Part shown: positions 42,641 to 56,999 of the stretch, piece after piece | How the letters are laid out: each line of letters begins with the position of its first letter | Numbering within the stretch: the first letter of the stretch is position 1 | Source: the human T2T-CHM13v2.0 reference genome, Homo sapiens | Assembly (NCBI RefSeq): GCF_009914755.1 | Contig: NC_060933.1 | Strand: one strand, 5' to 3' | DNA: 64,000 bases | Position numbers and translations under genes: made by a program | The notes under the pieces: model-generated | What the model was told of the DNA's origin: nothing | Seen by the model: only the letters and a program-made list of their open reading frames with translations | Database searches by the model: none

Positions 42641-44164
42641 AGATGGCCCCTATAACACAACTGTTCACTTTCACACCTCCAGCTTTCTTATCCTCTGCAC
42701 TAATAAATAAACAGTTAATGTTTCTTCCTACACCAACAGCAGTGAAAAAAACCACTTAGAGTATTAGAAACACTGGCATGTGGCTTGAGATTCCCAGTGA
42801 AACATTAGAATCCAATTTACAAAGTATAACAAATGAGGTCATATTGAAATTAAAAAGCAAGGGGTCATTGAAAAACATCATTATTTCTTTTTCTCTTGGA
42901 ATTTATTATGTAAAAATTTCCAGAAAAAAATGGTGCATATTAATTGGTAATTACAAATTTTAACACATATGACCCTAATTTTGAAAATAATTCAAACCAC
43001 CTGGGGTGAATAGACAATGCTTACACAAGTTATAGAAAGATTTACTTAGAAAAGAAACTTCTAATTCAAATTCCTTGAAACAATTGTAATAATCTTAACC
43101 TGTGTTGTATATGCAGAAATATACTTTAAAAGTTAAAATTATTAATTTTTGGGTTTCTGTAAAGTATTACTTTTATACTCAATGCATTAATAACTATATT
43201 TCTCTATATTTACTTTCTAATTTTTGATAAACATTGATACTTTTATAGTTGTGAAGTAGGAAGGAAACTTCAAGTAATGACTCTGCTCATAAAATGTTAA
43301 AGTTCTCCCTAAAACACTTAATTTGGGATTTTTAACTTTTAGAAGCAAATTAGGTGGTAAATTCAGGATCAACTTTCTGTGATGTTGAATCATAAAGTAT
43401 AAGTTAGAGACAAAGCAGACCATGAGTCTTCTTATGTAATGTTAACAAGCATAAACTTTATCCTTAACATGATGAGTGAAGTGTTTCTTCCTAATATAGA
43501 AAATTCTTTTTTAGGCTACGGGAAGATTCTACTCACACTAGTGAAAATATAGTAGCATTGTCAAAATTTGTTAGGTGGATATAATGTATAGATGTAGATG
43601 TGTAGGAGATAGGTGCTTTAAAATTTCAGTCATATAACAAAATGCATAATGAAATCACAAAGCAACTTTAATACAAATCTAAGAAGGAAGGCATAATAGG
43701 GTAGGTCAATGCAGAAATTGATATTCTGGCAATGTAGTTAAATGTAGAAAATATTGCAGCACTGATTCTCCTGCCTCTAACATGGAGGAATAGCAAAAAC
43801 CTGGGACCCGAAAGGGCATTAAATATTTTCCTCAGGAAAGACATAGTTCTCCACTTTAAATTAAATATGACAGAATTGTGTGAAAGAGTTTTAATGTAAT
43901 GCATGCCAGTTTAACAGAATGGACAAGGCAGCACAGTAGAATTCTAAGACAGAAGAAAAGCATAAGAAAAACAAGTAAGAAAGATTCACCTAGGAGGCAG
44001 GTAGCTTCCTATCACATCTCTCTGCTTTTATATGACGGCTAAAAGATTTTTATAATATATGTCCCTCCCTTGATTAATTTGCTCTCTCTTCTCCATACTT
44101 AATATGAATATGTATTCTTCTATAATGAGGGCATTGTTCTTTCTGTATGTGGACCATTAGTTAT

Positions 44165-45235
44165 TTCTCAAAAAATTTTAAAGAATTGAAATAAAATATA
44201 ATTACAGTATGTTAATCTAGATATAAATAGACCAAAAACAATTAATCTCCATGTGTTTGCAAATTAAAATACTTCTATATAACCCATAACTTAAAGAATA
44301 AATCACAATGAAAATGTATAAATATTTTGAAATATATGATACTGAAACATTACCCATCTAAATAGTGAAATACAGTTAAATTATGTTCATTGGCTATTTT
44401 GAGACTTTAATGCATACCTAGGAAAAAACAAAGGCTGAAAATCAATGGCCTCAGTGGCCATATAAAAACAGGAAAAAAAAATCAGTGTAATAAACTATAC
44501 AAAGTAGAAGAAAGACAATGAAAATAAGAACAGAAATAAATGAAACAAAAAAACCAGAGAGAGAAAGAATCAACAGTTACAGGTTGATTCTTAGAAATGA
44601 CTAATACAACTAAGAAAATCCTGAAAGCCTAATCAAAGAAAAGGAAAAGAATAAAGGCATATATAATTGATACCAGGAATAAAAGAAGAACATAGCTTTT
44701 GAGACTACAGACATTAAAAAGAATACAAAAGGATCGTATGAACAACTGTATTCAAAAAGTTGGATGAAATAAATCAACTCCTAGAACACAAACCAAAATA
44801 CCAAACTAAAGAATAAGCATAACAAAAGGTATGCAAAATAACTACAAATATAACTATAAAACACATATTGACAGGAATGAAAGAACATATAATAAATGGA
44901 GATATACAAGATGGTTCATCAATTGAAAGACTCAATATTATCAAAATGTTGATTCATCTCAAATTGTTCTATACATTCAACAAAATCCATAAAAATCCTG
45001 AAAAGTTATCATATAAAACCGAACAAGTTGATCCCATAATTTATGAGGAAACAGAAAGGGCTGGAAAAGCCTTGCTCCACTGATGATCACATCTTATAAA
45101 GTTACTGTCATGAAGACAGTGTGGTATTGGTGCAATGATAGACAAATAAAATAATGGAAAAGTACAGAGCCTGAAAATAGGCCTATGTATGTAGACTTTC
45201 TTTAGAATAAAGTTGGTACTTCAAAACATTGGTAG
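44165..45235 (+). mobile_element. Old L1M ORF2 remnant with an internal deletion
   Basis: AAATGGAGATATACAAGATGGTTCATCAATTGAAAGACTCAATATTATCAAAATG and GACAGTGTGGTATTGGTGCAATGATAGAC are ORF2 motifs. Confidence 0.8.
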
Positions 45236-45441
45236 TTCAAATATTGGAACTTTTTTCAAGTGTTTAGTTTTTGTACCTACTCGTACAAGAGATGACAATG
45301 AAGTAAAAGTGTTCTCACCTCAATCTATTTTATGACAGGGTTTCTGTTGAAATGTAATGCTTTACATTTATTTTTAATATAATGTTCTCTGCCCCAGAGC
45401 ACATAATTTTTTTGTATTTAAATGTAAAAATAGACTCCTAA

Positions 45442-45497
45442 AAGTTATATATATATATATATTAAGTTATATATATATATTAAGTTATATATATATA
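45442..45497. repeat. Compound [AAGT(TA)n]x3 repeat
   Basis: Three AAGT-headed TA runs of decreasing length. Confidence 0.9.
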
Positions 45498-46084
45498 AGA
45501 AAATTAATAATATCTGGGAATGAATTTTAGAACATGCATGAATACTATGACAGAATTATCTTTGTATTCAAACCTGCTCAAGTATAGTACATGAACAGTT
45601 AATAACATATGGAAAATACATCTCCATTAAACTGAGGGAGACGGAGCATTTAATTTACACATTCCCATGCATTTGTGTGTTCTCATAACTGGAAGAAATA
45701 CAGTGTCTTTTTTCTACTCAGCTGTTTAACATTTTATGCTCGTTTGCTTGCTTCACAATAACTTTCAAAGGCGCAGACTAATTTTGAAGGAATATGGTCA
45801 ACAAACAGTTATCGAGATATAAATTATTTTCCATTTTTGGCATGGTCTATCTTGAAAGTAATTGGCAGCTGGAGAAACCTTTTATAAGCAAACAACTTCT
45901 CAACTTCTCTCATTTTAATTGAATGCCAATAAAATTTTCAATGTCAGCATGGGTTACAGAACTGTGGGATTTCATTAAAGCAGTCTACGAGTCGTAGAAT
46001 CAAGGGTTTAGCACTATTTAAACAAATCTCAGCAGGCAGCAAGCAGTCTATGACCTGAAGAAGCAAATCTTTAAATCCTTCAGC

Positions 46085-46227
46085 CAGTTTTTCTTAGTTC
46101 CAGACCAACTGCACCAGAATCATCTGGGAGGCTTGTAAAAATTGTAGATTTGTAGCTCACACCTGCATCAGATGGGGTACTGAAATCACAGATGATTTTT
46201 ATGCACACTAAATTTAAAGAATCTTTA
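46085..46227. mobile_element. MER5-like MITE
   Basis: GCACCAGAATCATCTGGGAGGCTTGTAAAAATTGTAGATT...GATGATTTTTATGCACACTAAATTTAAAGAA. Confidence 0.65.
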
Positions 46228-47033
46228 ATTAAAATGTAATCAAAGCCCCTAATCTTTTGTTTGGGAGATTTAGAACCTCTCCATAACTATTTAAGAACTA
46301 AAGAGCCCAAACCTGTTCTCTGGCTGCTTGAGAGGTGTTACTGATTCAGGTGGTGTTTGATCCCTCACCCCTGACCCCATGTGTGTACTGAACAAAGTCG
46401 CTACAGCAGAAATGGATGACTAGGTCTGCGTGATACTTTTTCCTCTTAGCTCTCAATTTCGTGGTCTGCATTCCAGGATGTTTCAGTCCCTACTTCTTAC
46501 TTGACATTCCACCTCTGCTACTTAGTAAACACTTACAATCCATTTGTCACCCACATTCAGCTACTTGCTAGTCAACTCCCAATCATAAGGACTCTAAAAA
46601 GACAAAGGGAAAAAAACCTGGCAGATTATTACTTCAGCATTTCCCAGGTATATCATCTGCATCTTGAAACTGGAAGAAACCTTACTGTTCTTTCCAAGAA
46701 TGCATTGGGAAGTAGTGCTTCCTAGGAATGCACTTTCTCTAAAAGCAAGTAACTCTGCATACATGAAATCACTGTTTTCCTGAACAGGGGAGGCGCTCTA
46801 AGTGGCAAATGAAAAAGAGATTTCCTTTAGGAAATTAAAGCCCTATGCCTCGTAAATGACATACACATGTATGGTCAGAAAAATGAAGTTCTACTAAAAA
46901 AGGAAAAGGTTAACAAAGTAAATATATATTATGATCATTTCTAAGGATGCTGAGACATTGCTATTCTGTGGTACTAATTGCACTGCAACTATAATGGACC
47001 TGTTTAGTGTTCTTTGGGGGCTTATAAATACTA

Positions 47034-47366
<333 letters not shown>

Positions 47367-48689
47367 TCAGTCTATAATTTTGCATATTCAGAATAAAGTT
47401 GACAACCTTTAATTTAGATCCTTGTTATTTCATTTCATGTATTTATTAGTTTGCTGTTTGACTAGTATACAAATTACCTAAAGGTAAAGTTTCATTTCTA
47501 GCTAAAGCCCATAGTAGATGGAAGGGCACATATGTTGTAGAGGGAACTCTGAAAGATTTCTAAAGGGAACTATCTGGACATAATGAAAACATAACCCATT
47601 TAACCAGATAGAACGAAAACAAGTAAGTTCAGCTATAGTAAAAACTTGAAAGGACACTACTGATGTGTTGACAGACAACCCCCAAAAAGCTTTAAATTAC
47701 CTTTCAATAATAATAGATTCTGCAGAGTAGGTCTTAGAAAAACAAAAGAATCTGGATTCTATCCCAGTACCTGAGAAACAAGAAAGAAAAAAGCCAAGGG
47801 AAAAACCATGCTCTCTGTTGGTGTAATTTCCTGCACTCTTTTCTCTAATCATAATAAAAAAGAAAAAATAAATTTTTAAAAAGGCTTTTACTGGAGAGTA
47901 AATTACTTAAAATCAAAATAAAGAGGTAATCAGTTGAGAGTTTTGAATTCTGAAACTTAAGGCTCTTTAGATTTTGGAAACAACTAGAGTGAGCAGCATA
48001 AAAGGAATTATGAATTGAGGGATTTCTCCAGCTGTGCCACCTCCCTCTGGCTAAGTAGCAAGTTGCCTGACATTTACAACCTGAAAACACAGCTGCTTTG
48101 CACAGAAGATTTGACAGGGAAGGTGGAAAAGCCTAAGGGTCCGACCATCTATCTATGGAGGAGGCCATGTATATAGCAGAAAACAACACTAATATTCACT
48201 ATTTTTAAAAAGTGACCTAACTTAATCATAATTTATTCATGTTGTTAAAAACATACAAATGCTTTCCTGCAACTGAAAAAATAAAATAGGCAAAGTCCAG
48301 AAACATAATGAATTTTAAGTTTTATAATTTTTAAAAAAATGCTTTTTTATTTCTTGGAGAACAATATATTGTCATAGAACAATAAATTTGTGGATAATTG
48401 GTACTTTAGGCAAAGATTATATTTAATTACTGGTAAATTTTCTTTACTATCCCTTGACTGATATCTTCCTGTACACTATTGGAAAAAGCAGTTACCACTA
48501 CATATGAAAAATCACATTTGCTAAATATGTAGGTCTCCTGTATATTGGAGGGGAGATATTGGGTTTAATTTATTCAAAAAGATTCATTTCATAAACTGAA
48601 TGAAATTTGCTGAGGGCATTTTAGTAATAAATAAATAAATAAATATTGGATTATAGTGTGTTTAATCTTCCCTTGACACAACATATTTA

Positions 48690-49010
48690 TCTAACTCCTG
48701 TTCTATCTATCTCTTTGCTTATCTATAATTCCTAAGATGTCTTCCCTTCCTCACAGAAGTCTGGCTTCTGCTTTCACTGAAACTGCCCTTGTTAAAGTCC
48801 TTGACTTTCCAAAGCAAACTATGAAGGGCTGTTTTCAGTTCGACTCATTTACTTGAGGCACTTGACACTCTTGACCGCTCCTTCCTTAAAACTATCTTCA
48901 ACCTCTGAGACAGCATGTGGTCCTGGTTTACATCTCTCTGACTCCTACTCTGCTTTTCTCTCTATTTTACTTCTCAGCTTATTCCTCAAATCTTCATATT
49001 TCTCAGAAGG
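48690..49010 (+). mobile_element. L2 fragment
   Basis: AGTCTGGCTTCTGC...CACTGAAACTGCCCTTGTTAAAGTC...GCACTTGACACTCTTGACCGCTCCTTCCTTAAAAC. Confidence 0.6.
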
Positions 49011-49014
49011 AATT

Positions 49015-49532
49015 GGCATTAGCTACTTTTGCCGGCCCATTACCCCGTGTCCTTTCTTTTGTAATACTCCTCCCCAACCCTCAGTCCATGTGCTTCCGAC
49101 GGGCTGACTTCAGGAGCGAGCAGGTGACCTAAGATGGGCCCACCACAGCATTGAATTCCCTCAGCCACAGCCATCAATCATTCATGGATGGACAAATTCG
49201 CCCAGGGCAGTGAATGCAAAACAGAATCAAGTTATATTTTGAACTGTGGGTTTCTAGGCTGGGGAAGGTGTACTGTATGTTACCAAGAGGAAAGACCCAG
49301 CTTGAAAACAGAGCCAGCAAAGGGAAAGTACCCCTGAGAGACAGAGAGAGACAATTTCTGGAGGTGAGTATGGGAGCCCTTGGGTACAGCTGTGTCTGAA
49401 AGCTGTATTAGGGCTTCTGCTTACCAACAGTTTGTTTCTTTCCTCCTTTCCTCTTTCCCTTCCTTCCTCCCTCTCCAGTCTCTCTCTTTCTTTTGCTTCA
49501 GTCTCAAAAATCACAACACTCTAACAAATATG
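49015..49532 (+). mobile_element. MLT1K-like MaLR LTR
   Basis: CCCTCAGTCCATGTGCTTC...CAGGTGACCTAAG...CCCTCAGCCACAG...GAGCCCTTGGGTACAGCTGTGTCTGAA. Confidence 0.6.
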
Positions 49533-49981
49533 TCTAGGTTCTACCTTTCACCATTTAGTTCTCAAATTCTATTTTGCTTATTTAAATATTCTCCTTAATT
49601 CCTAAAGATTTATTGCTTAATACTAATAATGCAAATTTTCTAATCCGTACGTTCGTGTACTCTATCATTTAAACTGTAGAAAAGTCCCATAGGGTACTCA
49701 ACATTTGTTAGAAATGATCTGAGCTCAACAAGAAAGCTTACTTTCCTTTTGCCAGATTTTCTTTATTATTTCATATTGTTCCTCAAGATTCCTAGAAACC
49801 AAACACCATATTGGTCTCAGATCTATGAGAACAATTATTCTATCCTTAACGTATAGTCATTTTGTCTTTATTGATCCTGACTGTATTATCTTTGATATTT
49901 TCCAGAGATTTTAATGCTTTTCGATTTTACATTGACTAAATTTTATGCAGGCTGTGCATAGAACTTGAAATCTCCGAATAA

Positions 49982-50334
<353 letters not shown>

Positions 50335-50989
50335 GGGTAACAGGAGTTTTTATAGAAACTGAATATCATGCACAAACATCATGTTGTCTTTTGGAAGATC
50401 TGGGTATCTGGTCCTCTTTGACATTTCATAGTCCTGGATTTCTGCCCTTTTTCTCTCTGTAGACTATATTCTTGCCACTAATCACAAAACATACAAGAAT
50501 CCCATCCCAGACCATTATATTTCAACCAAGGATGATTAACGCTTATTGTATATTGCTAATCTTCAGTATACTGCAATCGATGTTCCTTTTACATAAAGTA
50601 AAACTTTTAAAAAAAGTAAATTAAAAAAATACAGCTTCCATGAGTTAGAGGGATGTTTCACAAATTAAATGGAATGCCCCATAAATAAAAATTTGTGTTT
50701 TTCTCTATTGAGAGGAATAAATTATTAATAATACTAAGAGATGAAAGCAACTTATGGGGAAGTTAATGGAGCTGTGTTTGTTAAATAATTTTTTTTTTCA
50801 AATACAAGTGATTAAATCATAGGTTAATCTGTTCAGGAATCTAAAAAGAAATACTTTATATTTCTATAGTAAATAATAAAAATAAGTCAGAGAAAGTCAA
50901 ATATCTAGAAATATGTATAAAAGAGTTTGAAAACCTTTTATATACCTAATATTAGTAGGTATTCATATTTCTTAAATTTTATACCTTTG

Positions 50990-51603
50990 TAAACTTTTTT
51001 TTTTTTGTACAAACAGGGACACATGTGTCAAACACAACTTGACTGTTTTACAAATAGGTATTCATCCATGTAAGCATCACCTAAGTCAACATAAAAAACA
51101 TTGCCTCACTCTAGAAATCCTCATATGTTCCTTTCAAACCATCATTGTTTCTCTTCACCCTGTGAGAATAGCATCTTAAGTAGTATAGTAATAATTCACT
51201 TTTCCTCTTCAGGTAGATACGCATACCAAAGGATGAAGTTTAGATTTGCCTGGTTTTGAACCTTAAAAAAAAATACATTATACATATTTTTAAGCCTTGC
51301 TTCTTTAGCCCAACTTACATTTGTAAACTACAGTTATGTTGAGTGTGTCATAAACTATTTTTATTGTTCTATACTCTGATATTGTAATGGCAAAAACCAC
51401 AATTAATGTATGCAGCCTACTGATGATGAGCATTTGAGCTTTTCAAACTATTAATGGTGCTTTTATGACTATTTACATACACGTACTTGGGTGGGCATGG
51501 ACATGATTTTCTCTAGGGCACTTATCTAGGCTAGGTCATAGGGTATGCCTACCCACATGTTACGTATATTAAGGCCAAAGTGCTTTCCAAAGGGGTTGCA
51601 CCA
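50990..51603 (-). mobile_element. L1ME3-like 3' end
   Basis: CATCCATGTAAGCATCACCTAAGTCAA...TTTGCCTGGTTTTGAACC...GCCAAAGTGCTTTCCAAAGGGGTTGCACCA. Confidence 0.7.
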
Positions 51604-54089
51604 TGGCATTATGTAATTTTAAAAATAAATATTTTATATTCGCTTCATAAATAAAATTACTACGAGTCTATGTAAGATATTTAAAAATACAGACTAGAGT
51701 TTTTATGCAGATGCTTTACTATAGTCCATCTAATCTTGAGGAATGATAGAAAGTTATCAGAAATGTGTAAGCAAATTTGTCCTGTAATTGGACATAACTT
51801 TAATGCCACATTAAATTAGTAAAGATCTGATGATGGGATCCTTATATCTTTGGAATGTACTTTTATCTGAAATATGCTTCTAAGAAAGATATAATTAATT
51901 ATTTAGAGCATTTCACAATCTTTGTGGAATTTCCAAATGAGTTTAAATAGTCAATATTATCAGAATAATTAACATGATGAGTTCTGATTTCTGGTCACCT
52001 AAAGCTTGGCAGTTTAACTTATAATGCTTTATATACCTGTAGTTTTCACTATAATTCAGATGTTCATTTTATTTTTATTATAAAATTGCTTATTTTAACC
52101 CAGTGAACTGTCAATAAAAGTTGGAGTCAAGGAGGTATTTCAAGATGTATAAGGTCAAAGGTCTTCAGTTTAACATCTCCTTATTATTTTTACCTTGCCA
52201 AGTAAAATATAATATTTAATGAGTCTGTTAAAACTCTTTATGGCTTGAGAGCTGATTTAATTTGTATCAAATTCAATCATTTTATATATGGATGTGAGTG
52301 TCTGTATTGAACAAATGAAATTACTATTCAAAGTTTTGAGTTTACTTTTATGAAAGGAATATAGATTACTATCTTGAATGTTTTCTAATCTTAAATCAAT
52401 TGACTCTTACACTACACTATGGTAGTATCACCTATAAGTGTCTGTTGTGAAACCTATGTCAAATTACTGTGCCTAAAGCAAGGTGTATTTTGTTATTCAG
52501 AACTTAATGACAGTCAGAAATAAGAAGTTTAAAATGCTCCCTCCTGCCTAGACACCATGTGAAGCGTGGGCACTTGTTGTGGCACCATGTCACTATCTTG
52601 TCAGTAAGAACAAATGTTTGGTACTAACTGTCTCTTCATCAGAAAATAATATATGTTTTAAAAAATTGTAATCAAAAATTTGCTAGATTTTTTAGGGGAA
52701 AATCAGGACAAACTTCTTGCATTATTTTCTAATCAATTATCAGGATGACTCCAAATTTCTTAGAATTGTTTCAGTTTTTGTCCAGCATGATTCTCTACTA
52801 TTTAAAATCTTGCTTCTCTTATGTATAATAACTCTTCAAGCATCTATCCTTAGTCATTTTTATTTCTTTTTTATATGTTCTCTTTCCCAATAAGGAGTTT
52901 ATTTATCTACCTTCAATTACTATAGTTACAGAAGTAATTGGGAAATTTTATATAAAATATGTCTCTCTTTGAGTACTGTGTTTGTCCTTTTAGACTTGTT
53001 GCTAGATATTCTACCAACTCCGTAAACTCAGCATGTTAGATCAGAAAACTTCTGGCTAGAATGTAATAACAAAGACTCTTCTGCCTTAAGCAACATAGTC
53101 CAGATATGAAATAACGCTTTTCAGGCATTGGATAACAAGTAGTGTAGGACTATGATCCCAAAAAGAATTAAAACAAAAGAGCCATTCAATTATACCAAAT
53201 AATTGCCTATAGGGCATTTCTAGGCAAGCAAAGGGAGACAATCCAGCCATCTTGTGAAATTGAGGAAACAGAAATCAAACTGTGGAGAGTGAAGGAAACT
53301 AGATTTTACAGGGCAGAGTAAGAGAGAGGAGTAAGCTGCAGAGAGAGATAATTCTGTAGATCTTCAAGGGACTCTACCAAGCCTTTCACTGAGCAATTGT
53401 CTGTGTATTCATGAGAGAAAACTACCAGAGATCAGGGAAACAACCAAAAGAAAGAAGCAAGTAAAAATATTCCTGGAACTGTCAGAGGGCTGGGAATAAT
53501 TCATGTTTCTACCTGTGACAGTAGAAAGGCCCCATAATACATAGGACCGACATCATCTAGCACCTTCAGAAGAATATTTCTTTAGTTTGGAAGCTAAATT
53601 AGCTTGGTCTAAAGGATTGTCAGGAACTGAGAAAGCTTTAAAAAAAAAGATTGATAACAATGTAAATAACATCAATTTATGTCATTGAGTTCCCAGGAAA
53701 GGGATGGCAAAAGTAGAGAACAAAATACTTGAAGACATATTGCGAGAATTTTCCCAAGTTGCTGAAAACTATAAACCTACAGAACAAAGGATAAAAAGAA
53801 CCACGAGAAAATAAAAATAAAGAAATCACTCCAAGAAGTATTGTAATGGAACTACTGAAGGTCAGTGACAAAGAGAAAATATTGAGGTAGATGAAGAAAA
53901 AGGAAATATTGCATGCAGATAAAAAGAAAGAAAGGAGGCTTCTCACCAGAAACTATTCAAACCAGAAGACAATGGAAAGACATCTTTATAGTACTGTGGG
54001 AAAAAAAAAATCCATCATTCAAGAATTTTTTCCCATTGAAAATATAAAATTTATACAATAAAATATAGGAGAAAAATATGTGTCCTTGA

Positions 54090-54493
<404 letters not shown>

Positions 54494-54968
54494 TCAGTCT
54501 TTGAAAGACTAGTAACAAAATAAAAGGCAAGCCAAACTAAGGCTGGGTGAAATATTTGTAATACATGTATGTAATAAAGGACATAGCACTAGTATACAGG
54601 ATCTTATAACTCAATGTAAACCCAAGAAACTTAACTAAACATGTTTTTAAAGTCATTAATTTCACTAATGAAGTTATATGAATGGAAAATAAACACATGA
54701 AAAGATGATCAACATCATTAGTCATTGGAGAAATGCAAAACAAAACCACAGAAAATCACAGTAAGATAGGACTACATACTCATTAAAACAGCTAAAATTA
54801 ACTTCTGTTATAGTACCAGATTTTACTGAAGATAAACAGCAACTCTCACTCATTGCTGGTGGAAAGGAAAAAAAATGCCAGTCACTTTGAAAACCAATTA
54901 GATTATTTTAAAGTTAAACATGCACTGTCATATAATCCAACAATTCCTCTCTAGGTATTTACCCAATG

Positions 54969-55080
54969 AATATATATATAAATATATTTACATGCAAACA
55001 ATACATAAATATATTTACACACACTATATATATATATTTAAATATATTTACACTCTATATAAATACATTTACACAAAATA
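54969..55080. repeat. AT-rich degenerate minisatellite (TAAATATATTTACAC-like units)
   Basis: About four imperfect units inside the L1ME. Confidence 0.75.
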
Positions 55081-55129
55081 TTTGAGTATTTATGCAGCTG
55101 TATAAATAATAGCAACATCTGGACATAAA

Positions 55130-56370
55130 GTTTGACAAATGAAAATTAAAACACAACATACCAAGACCTATGGGAAATAGCAAAAGCAGTGCTAAGAGGA
55201 GAGTTTATAGCAGTAAGTACCTACATCAAACAAATATACAGATTTCAAATAATCTAATGATGCATTTCAAGAAACTAGAAATGCAAGAACAAACCAAACT
55301 CAAAATTGGCAGAAGGAAAGAAATGATAAAGATCATAGCAGAGCTAAATGAAATAGTGACTAAAAAATAATACAAAGGATCAATGAAACACAAAGTTGGT
55401 CTCTGAAAACAATAAAATCAATGAAACACTTTCCAGACAGAAGAGTGAAGACCCAAATAAACAAAATCAGAAATGAAAAAGGAGACATTACAATGATATT
55501 GCAGAAATACAAAAGAATATCAAAGACTTTTATGAGCAACTATACACTAAGAAATTGGAACACATAGAGGAAATGGATAAATTCCTGGACACATACAACC
55601 TACCAAGATTGAATCAGGAAGAAATAGAAAACCAGAACAGACCAATAACAAGTAATGACATTGAATCAGTAATAAGAAGTCTCCAAACAAAGAAAAGCCC
55701 AGGACCACATTGCTTCACTGCTGAATTGACTTAACTTTCAGAGACTCTGCATCCCATGTTTATTGCAGCACTATTCACAATAGCAAAGATACAGAATTGA
55801 CTAAATGTCCATCAATGGATGAATGGATAAAGAAAATGTTGTGTGTCACACACAATGACACACAATGAAATACTATTATGATGTAAAAAATGAATGAAAT
55901 AATGTCATTTGCAGCAACATGGATGGAACAGAGGTGATATTAAGTGAAATAATCCAGGCACAGAAACACAGATACTGCATATTTTCACTCATATGTCAGG
56001 GCTAAAAATGCTGATCTCAGGGAGGTAGAGAACATGCAATGATGGATACCAGAGGCCAGGGAAGAATATGGGTGGGAGGTGGATGATGAGGAGGGGTTGG
56101 TGAATGAGTACAAACATACAGTTAGATAGAATTTGTAAGTTTTAATGTCTGATAGTAGAGTAAGCTAACTATACTAAGCAATGATATTTTGTATATTTCA
56201 AAATAACTAGAATTTGAACTGTTCCCAACACACAGAAATGATAAATGTTCAAAGTGATGTACACCCCAAATGCCTTGACTTCATCCTTATGCATTCTATG
56301 CTGCAACAAATCCTCATATGTACCCCCAAAATGTGTAAATATGTAAATTACATATCAATTTTAACTAAAT
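55130..56370 (+). mobile_element. L1MA-type (about L1MA3-4) element with a large internal deletion, nested in L1ME
   Basis: ORF2 Z-region (GGATAAATTCCTGGACACATACAACCTACCAAGATTGAATCAGGAAG) joined at about 55740 to the ORF2 C-terminus (CCCATGTTTATTGCAGCACTATTCAC) and an L1MA 3' UTR. Confidence 0.88.
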
Positions 56371-56654
56371 GAGAAATATGATATATCCATTCTGTAGAAT
56401 GCTACTCAGCACTAAAAAGGACTGCCTTACTTACGGGTTCATATGACAACATGGATGAGTTACAAAGATAGTGTCATTTCAGCTCTCAGAAATGACATGG
56501 ACAAGGAAATTGAGGGCTGAGAGAATATGTGGCATATAATAAGTACCTATTAGTAATTGGATAAGTGATTATTACTCTTGTGTATAAGTGATTTTGTTTG
56601 AATGTGAGACACAAGATACTGGCAGCTCATGATATGATTCAGTGTGATTTTCTT

Positions 56655-56706
56655 GCAATGTTTGAAAGAATTTTGTTGGGGCAATGTTTGAAAGAATTTT
56701 GTTGGG
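56655..56706. repeat. Perfect 26-bp tandem duplication
   Basis: GCAATGTTTGAAAGAATTTTGTTGGG x2 (56655-56680 and 56681-56706). Confidence 0.97.
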
Positions 56707-56746
56707 GTGGCAAAAATCTTACAGAATTATTGTAATGATTACATGG

Positions 56747-56999
56747 TGCATCCGTGTTCTAGCATGTATCGGTATCTCATTGTTTTTATGGCTGAATAGT
56801 ACTCCTCGCACAGATTATGTTATATTTTGTTTATCAATTCAGTGGGTGATAGGCATTTGGGTTGTTTCTAGCTTTGGGGTATTGAAAATAGTGCTGCAAT
56901 GAATATTTGTGCTCAAGGTTTTGTTTGAACACCTATTTTTAATTCTCTTGGGAGCAGGATTGCTGGGTGATATAATTCTATATTTAACTTACTGAGAAC
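56747..56999 (-). mobile_element. L1MB-type fragment
   Basis: TTTTTATGGCTGAATAGTA...GGCATTTGGGTTGTTTCTA...GTGCTGCAATGAATATTTGTG...GTTTGAACACCT. Confidence 0.8.
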
